A stretch of DNA of 64,000 bases from Selaginella moellendorffii (lineage: Eukaryota; Plantae; Lycopodiophyta). Below are positions 39,074 to 49,572 of the stretch, one piece after another. The DNA lies in the NCBI RefSeq assembly GCF_000143415.4, contig NW_003314406.1:205007-269006 (forward strand), in the 5' to 3' direction. Under the pieces are notes generated by a model. It did no database searches. It was not told the DNA's origin and saw only the letters and a list, made by a program, of their open reading frames with translations. A program made the position numbers and the translations under genes. Numbering within the stretch: position 1 is the first letter of the stretch; every line of letters begins with the position of its first letter.

Positions 39074-42000
39074 TCAGACTGTTATTTTTTGCCTCCAACG
39101 CCTATACAATAATCTTGGAATTTCATCACTCTCCACACTATCAGGATTTAAACCCAATAGTAATGCCATCTCTTCTCTAATACGTCCATGCTCATGTTCA
39201 GTGGTCGAAGAACCCATCCGGTTGAGCAGATTATGGAGATGCAGATAGTGCTTAGCTAGACAATATACATGCCATAAATGATGACTGGTGTCTGTCCGAT
39301 CAAAGGGCTTCTGATATACCGTTCCATCTGCCATTTGGTTGATTTCTACAGCCACCTCCTAGACTGGCCGGTTCTCTATCACCATCGCTCCAAGCCGTTT
39401 TGCAAGGTCCCCCAGAACATACGGTTTCTTCTCCCTAGTTTCCATACTGCAAGAGATGGGGTGCACTACATATGTGTGCGTGTTTGCTGCAGTTTTAATC
39501 GGCGAGTCATCGATGATGAGGATTTCACTTGACCTAGTAGTCCGGTTCATCACTACAACCTCTGGCTTGACGAAGATGGGCTTGCTACCCCTCACATGGA
39601 CCATAGTCAAGCAATCCTCCTGCGTTAGGAGAAAGTCAAATGGTAATATTACTCGTGTCTGATCGTGCATCATCTGTAGTAACGTTAATGCATTGTGGCG
39701 CATCATGGATGTCCAAACTCCCAATTGCAAATTGAACCCGGCCCTCTGTTTTAAGTGTCGCATGGTCATTATTAGATCCCGCAGTTTCTCCCGTGTGATT
39801 AATGTGAATCTGTCTCTTTTGACCAACTTGCGACCGCAGGCTTTGGAGGGTGCAGTGACATTCGAGGACGAGCCACGCTCATGGGAGAAAAGGACACCGT
39901 TCAGATCAAAAACGATACAGTACCTTCGCCATGACTCTAAAATGAAATGCGTCAGCATAAAAAATGGTACAAGTCAATTTTACCATCTACAATATTAGCG
40001 AATGGTGCTCCCGATGGTCGTTGAGAGGGTTTTGGTCGAGGAAATGTGAAGGGCGGAAATACTCTCCTCTGCAATGTGGGGTCAATCGCATCCGATGGCG
40101 TGTGGGCACATGCCATTTCAGCTGTAGACTCTGGTACAACTGGCTCAACAGTGGCATGGGGTGGTTCCGATGGCGTGTGATCACACGCCATTTTAGCTGG
40201 TGCCTCCGTTGGCAAAGTGGACATGACCGAACAGGCAGCAGGGGCGGTGTAGGGAGGTTCCAACGGCGCGTAGTCAAACGATTGGGCACACATTGAGTCC
40301 GTTGGAAATGAGGATACGACCGGATCGGCGGCTGGGTCCAATGCGGGTCATGCGGGTCCAATGGCGCCTGGTCACCGTCAGTTGGATACGTGGACAAGAT
40401 TGACTCAGTGGTATGGGCAGCATCAAGTGGAGCGTGGTCAGCTTGCTTGGCGTTGATATGGATAGTAGCCTCCACCAGCTCTGATGACTCTTGCAGGCAA
40501 GTAGAGTCCACTGGCGGATCCATATGCATGTCCAAATATCTCCCTTCGATTGAGATGGTATCCTCCCTACTGGCTACTAAAAACAAACTCATTAGCACAT
40601 TGAATTGACTATACTGTATTTACCATCAACTGCTATTGAGGAACTAGGACCGATATCACTTGGGCGCACTGCTGATTCTGAAGGATTGGACATACGTTTC
40701 GACCCTTGCTTGGCACTATCCTTCCTCGACACTAAAGGCTAGAGTTTGTATCTTAATTCAACTGAATAATCTCTACTTACCATTTGCTCTACGACCTACA
40801 TGGACAATGTTAGAAATGGTAAAAGGTTAGGAATGGATGTACTATTATTTACCTGATGGTTTGTCTTGTATGACCTTCCTCCGCTGCTCTTTGGCCACCT
40901 CAGGCTGGCCATCGTCGTCATTATCGTCGTCGTCATTATTGTGATCGTCACCATTGTGAGGACCATCCAAGTCCTCTTCGTCCTCCTCTTCTTCGTCCTC
41001 CTTTTTTTTGTCCTCCTCTTCGTCCTTCTGCTCTTCCTGCTCATTATCTTTCTCTGGCTCCTCATCCCCCTCTTGCATTTCTTCCATAGGCTGCTCAGGC
41101 TGGATGGCTTGTTCTTCCAGGACCATCTTGGGAAAATCATCTGGCCGAGTCTCCATCTCAAAATACAAGACATCCATAGCCTGTTTTAGTGCGTGACCTA
41201 GGACCGTATCCTCACCCGACTGTCTTAACATGGTTTCTGCACGTTCTTGCACCCTTTGAAGACGACGAGATGAGAAAAACGTGGCCCTGACTTGGAAAGC
41301 ATCCCTCATTCATTGTACCTCTCCATTGAGATTGGGGAAGGGGAGTCCGCCATAGGAATCTGAGTCAGGAGGTGGTGACTGGCTGCTTTCACTCAGCCCT
41401 TGATCTGCAATGAATGGCATGAGCACACATGCCATAACCGCGAGGCATTACCTATCATCTTTTCGTTGCCCTTCTTCCTTTTCGAATCAAACGCCTCTGA
41501 TCCCGACGACTGTCCAGCGTGCTTTCGCTTTTTATGACCACTGTCAGTTTGAGCTTGATCTGCAAGAAATGGCATGAGGACCCACGCAATAACCATGACG
41601 CTTTACTTCCTGTCCTTGGAGGCTCTGTCGTGCCTTCCGCATCCTCAGGTGCCTGCTCCTCAATTCCCTTTTGCTTTCGTTTCTTATGCGCCCGTTCTAC
41701 AGAAATAGCATGAGGACATACGTGATAAGCACACAAATGCTTTTACCCTTCCTCCTCTGCCCTGGTCGGTTGTCCATCTCTTTGTCTACAGCGTCTGAAA
41801 GCTGTTTTGCAGGTAGCCTAATTCGAGGTTCACGATGTCTCCTTGGCACTTGAACTGTATATTATTGCATCAACACATGCAACATCCCATAATATTTTGC
41901 TCACCCTCTCCACGGCCACTTGCTCGAAGATCCAATCCTTCAATAGCGCACGAGCTTTCAGAGTCGTGCACAAGTCCTCGTATGTCACAATATGGCCGGG

Positions 42001-43518
42001 AGTCATTTTGGTCTTGTTGAAGACTACCTCACCACGTAGAAGAGCATTGGCCACTGTCAGAAGGTCGTCGTCGTCTAGAGACCACGAGAAACGCAAGGCG
42101 TTGAGCTTCAAATCATTGGGCTTCCGCCCGTCCTCCACACCCATTGAGTTTAGCAACTCCCCGTCATGGTACCTCCTCAGCACATCTACCCATTTGTCAA
42201 AAACAACTTTTGTCGCGAGTAGAATGTTATGGATGCTGAGTATGTCATTGACCCCCAGTGTTTTCGAGAGAAGACTCGAGAATTCTTGCAATGGAAATGG
42301 CGTGAGGCCACATGCTATGCCACATGCAACGAGGCTTACCTACCACGCGCTAGTTGCTAGTGCACGTCCTTGTCCTGGTTTTTGTGGCTTCTTCAGTTGA
42401 ACCCAGAGCTTTCGTGTTCGTGCCAATGTCTCGTGCAGACCCGATTTGTAGCACGTTTCTTGCTTGACATTCTGCGCGTGGGAGATGTATATGATAGATC
42501 GGAGGGGCGAGTTGCCTTTTATCAGGCGGACAACTCTTGTCTTAAAGACTTTCTTCACCTCCTCGCCCACCATAATATCCACAACTATCTCTTGCATCGC
42601 CAAGCTAGAATGCTGCCCGGAGACGGCATAGAACTGGATGTTCTGATCGTCCAACACCTTCCTATTGATCAAGTCTGGAAACCTCGTCTCGCCCTTCATT
42701 GTTCGGTAGTAGGGGATCACGTCTGCGATGTCGGGTGTTACTGGACTTGCCAGCATCTTCTGCTTCAGTTTCTCCACCCACTCATCAAATACTAGCTTGT
42801 GGTTGTATTTGCTTTGGATGTCCATGTGGCTCACGTTGATTGTATATACTTTGTTGGAATAGTAACAAGTACTATTATCTGCGACGATTTTTGCTGCCTC
42901 TTCTTGCTCTTTCTGCTCTTTGCGGCTCTTCTTTTTGGTGGGTGTAGTGTTCGAACCCGAGGCAATGGCATCACCGAGTAGCTTCTTTTTTGGAGCAGGA
43001 GAGTCGGACGTCGGCTTGAGCTTGACCACCCTTTTCTGATTCGGGGTAGTTTCCAGATCGACCCCCTTCCCCTTCGCTTCGCGAACTAGAGTCACTCTCA
43101 ACGGCTCAATGTTGGAATATAGTTTTTGAACATCGCCATAGATGAGGTCTGTGGATTCCATGTGATCTTCATAGACCCGCAGCGTCTTTGAAATTGTGGG
43201 CCTCCTGGACAACCTCTCCCTAGCTCCCTCTAGGAATTCCTCATAGCCGCTACCCCCCTCCGGGAAGCCGCTAGGATGTGCAAGGTGGATCTTGAAGGCG
43301 GACGCTGTCTCTACCACAAGTGCCAGTCCATATTCTTGCATGGAACTGCATGGAGTGTCTGTCACTTGGATGAGGATCCCCATGCATTCTTTTCTCCCAC
43401 CATCTGTGTTGTACAGCCTCAGATCCTCGCCTTCCATCCCAAAAGTCCAACTGGTGAGCTCCTCCCCCTTCTCTGCATCCACATTGACAGTGGCTGGAAG
43501 AAGAACGCAATTCCTCGC
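39074..43518 (-). pseudogene. Multi-exon transposon accessory gene: ParB-like region, basic/acidic linker and C-terminal FCP1/NIF HAD phosphatase domain
   Basis: GT-AG introns at 39937-39983, 40796-40851, 41405-41451, 41560-41606, 41697-41746 and 41855-41904, and 42286-42339 with a mutated acceptor; HAD motifs IVFDLNGVL, VWTSM, FVKP, LIIDDSPIK; FYAVSGQHSSLA; a few stops and frameshifts; 5' start unresolved. Confidence 0.7.
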
Positions 43519-44053
43519 CTGTTCAGAAATGCACAACGATTAGAGCTGACAGATGAAAAGTTAGCAGCTGGAAATAACGTGAGGCCACACGCCATTCACC
43601 ACTGCATCAGATGTCTTGAGGCTGCATCCTAAGATGGCGTGAGGCTACACGCCATCTGTAACCGGACTGCACTCAAGAGCCCAATCGGTGCATGCCAATG
43701 TTGCTACTGTACTCTGCCACTTACAGTTGGAGAGTGGCGCTGAAATCTCCCGGGATGCCAAGTGGGCTGCGTGTGGGTGGCAGAGTGGGTGGCGGAGTTG
43801 GCGGCGAAGTTACAAACTGGGTGTGTCTTGAAGTGGACGCCGATGCACACGAGCGCGATGCGAGCGCGAGTGTGATGCAAGCGCGAGTGGACGCCGATGC
43901 ACACGAGAAACCTGTAGAGAAGGTAGATGAGTGCGAATGTGAGCGTGATCGCGAGTGGGAGCGCGATGCGAGCGCGAGTGGGCGAGCGCGAGTACGAAGC
44001 AAAATGCAAAACCTAACCTCATACGCGCGAAATGTCACGACGGTTGGTAATCC

Positions 44054-44220
44054 CGCAACGTCATCATTCCTCGGACTTGGGCACCACCATTAATTTCTGG
44101 ATCGCCGCGCGCATGCATGCACATGAAATCCAAAAGAAATCCGCAACATCATCATTCCTCGAACTGCATGCACACTAAATCCAAAAGAAATCCGCAACGT
44201 CATCATTCCTCGGACTGCAT
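44054..44220. repeat. About 51-bp tandem repeat, continuing at 46049-46075 beyond the solo LTR
   Basis: Unit GCATGCAC..AAATCCAAAAGAAATCCGCAACRTCATCATTCCTCGRACT, about 3 copies. Confidence 0.85.
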
Positions 44221-46048
44221 TGTGAGACACAAAATCCCTAGGCCCCAAAGTGGAGCTGGAAGGGTGCCACGTGGTAGTGGCCGAAGCGAAAACCAAACAA
44301 GCGTAACACGTTTGGACTAAAAGCTCCGACTTGAAAGGTCGAGAGCGGGAGTGGAACTCCCAACGAAGTGCTCGAGGAACAAGCACAAAGAGAGCAATAA
44401 GCGAGGCTTCAAAAAGGGACCCAAAAAGGACCAACACATGACACATGGAAGTGTCCGAGATGGAGTCCGAGGCAGACCTGAGTTGGAGTCCGAGATGGAC
44501 CCGAAGTGGAGTCCGAGATGGACCCGAAGTGGAGTCCGATATGGAGTCCGAAGTGGAGTCCGAGATTGAGTCCGAGATGGACCCGAGATGGAGTCCGAGA
44601 TGGAGTCCGAGGCGGACCCGAGTTGGAGTCCGAGATGGACCCGAAGTGGAGTCCGAGATGGACCCGAAGTGGAGTCCGATATGGAGTCCGAAGTGGAGTC
44701 CGAGATGGAGTCCGAGATGGACCCGAGATGGACCCGAGATGGAGTCTGAGATGGAGTCCGAGATGGACCCGAGATGGACTCGAGATGGAGTCCGAGATGG
44801 AGTCCGAGAAGGACCCGAGATGGAGTCCGAGGTGGAGTCCGAGATGGAGTCCAAGATGGACCCGAGATGGAGTCCGACGTCGAGACCGGGACCAAGACCG
44901 AGACCAGGACCGAGACCGAGACCGAGATCAGGACCGAGACCGAGACCGAGGCCGAGGCCGAGGCTGAGTCCGAGTCCGAATCCGAATCCGAGTCCGAGTC
45001 CGAGTCCGAGTCCGAGTCCGAGTCCGAGTCCGAGTCCGAGTTCGAAGCCTGAGAGGGTGAAAGCCCAAAGCGTTCGTCTCCCAGACCCTGGGGGGTTTGG
45101 TGAGCTCCAAAAGTATAGTAGGGGGAGGACTGCAGTGGAGCCAGTTTGGCCAGGAAAGGCCAGTTTGGCCCAGGAAGGCCGGACCCAGTGTTGGGTGATG
45201 AGCTGCCCACTGGGAAGTCCAAGACTAGAGTGAACACGGACCGACAAGTGGGGTAGCTTGGTGAAGTGTTCAAGAGCCGGCTCTAGTTCCCCCGGGAGAT
45301 CGACTGGCCGATGCTCCCAGTCCAAGTGTGGGTGGCACTACCTACTTGGATACCTGTCGTGGCTCAATGGAACCTCGCTCTAAGCCCATGGCTAGAGCAC
45401 CTAAAGGCGAAAAGCGGGGAGAGTACCCATGAGGCTTGCGTAAGGCCATGGTGTTCCGAAATGTTGTCCCAAAGTCCCAAACGGTGAAAGGGAAGAGGAG
45501 TAGGCCTCTAATGTAGTGACCAAGGACACAGTCACACAGTGAGGAAGTCCTTGAGGATAGTGGGATTTAGTGGTCGGGCCGGTGGGCCTTGATCCAGTGG
45601 CAATGTTGGCAAACACAGCCAAGGACAGAAAGGGACTTGATGGGGACCGGAACAAAGATATTGGGGAAGGCTATTCCCCATGTCTGTAGGCATCCTAAGG
45701 ATGTTAAGGAGTGGATCTGGGATGATCCCTCATGGACGGATGACCCAGTCTTTGAGAGACGGGATGGGAATGCAGGTGGCGTTGGACCACCAGTGTGACC
45801 AAGGTAATTGGGCATGGCCTTAGCGTAACGGGCCGATACGTCGGTGGTACCTTGGGGTGTCGATCATGGGATTGGACACGTGGAGCACTTGGATCAAGTG
45901 CTAAGGTTGAGTGGCATGGATGCCATTCTCGGGGCTAGCAAGCCCCAAGTCCTGAGTTGGACTTATGGAGGTTGTGAATGAGACTCCTCCAAGTGGTCGG
46001 AGGTGTGGTTAAGTGACTAAAGTAGAATGGAAAATTTAGTCACTTACA
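44221..46048 (+). mobile_element. Family A solo LTR inserted in the DNA transposon
   Basis: TGTGAG...CTTACA with perfect TSD TGCAT. Confidence 0.95.
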
Positions 46049-46184
46049 TGCATGCACGCGAAATCCAAAAGAAAGATCATGATTGGGATATCATTTAATA
46101 CACTCGCTATATTTACACCATGCATGATTGGATATTCCAAAGCATCTTGTATTTCCAAAAATGCCAGATGTTCAGCTAAATAAA

Positions 46185-48115
46185 GAATGGTATACAATGT
46201 CCTTCTTGACGACCCTGCAAAGAAGCATCTCGATCGGACACCACATGAGACCACACGAGCCTTACAATGTTTCAGGGGCATTTGCCATAGATCCGACCGT
46301 TATTTTGCTCCAAGATTTTACAGTTTGGTGTGCATTGACCTTTCCATCGACACTGCAAAGGGACATCACAATCAGATGCGGGATCACAAGAAACCAACTT
46401 CACTAACTCTGGTTTCACCAAGATCTACGTAAGGAGTTATGAAATGAAAGGACCCTCTCTATTGAAATGTGTTTATGGTCCTAGGGGCATTGTGACATAT
46501 CAAAGGATTTTGCATCAAGTTCTGTATTTGCATGTTTATCAAGCTACTAAATTGCTAAACCCTAAACCCTCCCTAAATATGTGGCAAATGCTGTGTGAAG
46601 AAAGATGCCCTTTCTGGGCAAATGCTGTAAGAGGCAGATGCCGAGCAATTACACGGCAAATAATCTTGGCGCGGATCGCTGACATGGCATGGCAAAGTTC
46701 GAATCACTGACATGGCACAGCTGGATCAAGGCAAGGACATGATGTGACAAAGGTCAACGTCCGACAGCAAAGTCTAGAAGCTACTCAGTTTGAAATTTGT
46801 CAGAGGAATTATAAGATCTGGTTTGTCAGAGGATTTGATGTGACGTTCAAGCGTGTGGGCTCATGCAATTTTGATCCCAAAAAATGCACCAAAAAATGCT
46901 CGGCGTCATCTGGCGTTATCTCTTGAATGGCGTGGGGCCGCATGCCATTTTAAGGGGCACATAGGAGTATATTCCTAGAATATTCTGACACGCGTGAGAT
47001 TTTTTTGAGTTTTCTGGAGATCCAACCGTTAAAAATGCAACTAGATTTCACAGAATGGTATACAATATCTTTCTTGATGACCCTGCAAAGAAGCATCTCG
47101 ATCGGACACCACATGAGACCACACGAGCCTTACAATGTTTCAGGGGCATTTGCCATAGATCCGACCGTTATTTTGCTCCAAAATTTTACAGTTTGGTGTG
47201 CATTGACCTTTCCATCAACACTGCAAAGGGACATCACAATCAGATGTGGGATCACAAAAAACTAACTTCACTAACTCTGGTTTCACCAAGATCTACGTAA
47301 AGAGTTATGAAATGAAAGGACCCTCTCTATTGAAATGTGTTTATGGTCCTAGGGGCATTGTGACATATCAAAGGATTTTGCATCAAGTTCTGTATTTGCA
47401 TGTTTATCAAGCTACTGAATTGCTAAACCCTAAACCCTAAACATGTGGCAAATGCTGTGTGAAGAAAGATGCCCTTTCTGGGCAAATGCTGTAAGAGGCA
47501 GATGCCGAGCAAATGTATCTCAGGCTATCGAAGGGGACAAACGAAAGCTAGCTATAAACATGACGGGATGCAAATAGATTACTAGGCTGGTCCTGCGAAA
47601 ATCAAAAACCATAATTGAAAACATTGAAAATGCAAAAAGAAAGGTTTATAATATTTTTGAATTTTAAGCAACCAAATGAATGTAAGTAGGGCATGTGTTT
47701 GTAAGTTTAAAAATGCCTCAACCACTTAAATTTCCAAGTAAATAAAGCTATTTCTATTTTTGGTACAAGTAAACTTTATAGCGTGTGGGCTCATGCAATT
47801 TTGAACCCAAAAATGCACCAAAAAATACTCGACTAGCATTATTCTTTGAATGGCGTGTGGCCTTATATTGCCATAAATGGACGTACACATAGCATAATTA
47901 TTCCTTTACACGGCGAATAATCTTGGCACGGATCACTGACATGGCATGGCAAAGTTCGAATCACTGACATGGCACAGCTGGATCGAGGCAAGGACATGAT
48001 GTGACAAAGTTCAACGTCCGACAGCAAAGTCTAGAAGCTACTCAATTTGAAATTTGTCAGAGGAATCATAAGATCTGGTTTGTCAGAGGATTTGATGTGA
48101 TGTTCAAGCGTGTGT
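46185..48115. repeat. Internal block duplications in the DNA transposon intergenic region
   Basis: About 46188-46650 matches about 47053-47511; about 46651-46855 matches about 47889-48113; about 46850-46940 matches about 47780-47862. Confidence 0.9.
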
Positions 48116-48353
48116 TATTTTTGAATTCTCGAACTCATTCCTAGGTCTATCATTTTTGTGCGCCGTGTTCTTGGTTCTGCTAAGCGCAGTGAGCGCTGCT
48201 TGTGTAAGCAGCGTTGTGAGCTGTGGTTTATGCGTCTACGAGCGGTTGCGGCATTGTGAGCGCCATTGCGAGCGGCAGTTTATGCGAGTGGCAGTTTGTG
48301 CGAGCGGCGCTACGAGCAGTTGCGGTGGTGCGAGCGGCGCTATGGTACCACTA

Positions 48354-48551
48354 ATGGTATGAGGGCTCATGCCATTATTCAAACATGCTATTGACACCCA
48401 CGTGAAATTTCACCTACACAAAATTGGCATGAGCCCTCATGCCATTAGTGGTACCACTGATGGCATGAGGGCTCATGCCAATTTTGTGAATGTGAAATTT
48501 CACGTGGGTGTCAATAGCATGTTTGAATAATGGCATGTGGCCTCATGCTAT
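48354..48551. repeat. 198-bp near-perfect spacerless palindrome centred on GGT|ACC (48452/48453)
   Basis: The arms pair with few mismatches; it contains four copies of the 22-bp motif. Confidence 0.95.
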
Positions 48552-48633
48552 TGAGGTTGTTTGGTATGTTATGATTTAGGCCATTCTCCAATCATTTTTT
48601 GTATGGTCTTAACTTCTTTTCTACACTTTCAGA

Positions 48634-49572
48634 ATGGCCTCCGCAAGTGCAACGCATATTCCCTCTGTAGATCTTAAGAACCGTGCTACATGGATTCAGG
48701 CAAAGGTGTTTCTAAACAACCCCGAGGGGGAGGTGGTAGCTGAGGGCTTAGCCACAGTTGTCGATCCAAGAGATGCGGTTGCTAATCAAGAATTGGGCTG
48801 GGATGATATTGGAGTTGTGATTTTAGAGGTTGTTGACACAGAAGAAAACAGTCTGACTATTGGAAGCATTGTGCGGTGGAAATTGAGGCACTTAGTGTTT
48901 GAGAATGTGAAGGATTCACAATCAAACACCACTACAACTGATGACAGAACATCTCTTCATGGGAAAAGAAAGTACACCTTCCTAAAGCACAGCCAAAGGG
49001 ATCTGAGCAACGAACCGAAAAGGCAGAAAATGGCGATGGAGGTTCAAATGGTCTCGACAGTTGCTTATTGCAAGAGGAGGTGCTGTCAACATGCTGATTG
49101 GGATGCTATTGAAGAGGAGAGAGCAAGATACAAGACATTGTCCTGGAAGGCAGCTCGCAATTTTGTATATGAGGCATTACGGTCATCTGTTGATGCTTCA
49201 GAACATCAAGTGGGGGGCATGGTCTTCCAGAGGGGTTTGGTCTGCATAAAGGCATGGAGAATCATTTATGGAGTCCCTCAAACCACATTCTACAAAATCA
49301 AAACTGAGTTCGAAGAACAAAGGGTTCAACAGGCAGTCCATGGGAACAACAGTACTCACAAAACCAGGGGTCATGTTGTATATGGAGAGGCAATCTTCAA
49401 GAGGTTTGTCGAGACATGTAGCGAGCAGCAACCACATAAAACCCGCCTTTTGGAAGATGGAACTCGAGACACCCAACGAGTTCTCCCTTCCATGTATACC
49501 AAGGGGGCCATATTGTGTGTGTGCGCATGCCATCGCTCTTCTTTAGCTTCAGATTCAGCTTGTTCACCTTGA
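48634..49572 (+). pseudogene. 3'-truncated transposase-like ORF (312 aa)
   Basis: N-terminal EVVAEG..VDP..ELG..IGSIVRW resembles the Tnp1/En-Spm-like (Transposase_23) domain; CKRRCCQH and VCIKAWRIIYGV resemble the Cys motifs of Sola-type transposase N-termini; preceded by acceptor TTTCAG; ends about 190 bp from the TIR with no catalytic core visible. Confidence 0.65.

Noticed and set aside
41405-43655. CRISPR-like array of palindromic repeats
   Set aside because: Irregular spacing, variable motif centres, eukaryotic context and no cas genes
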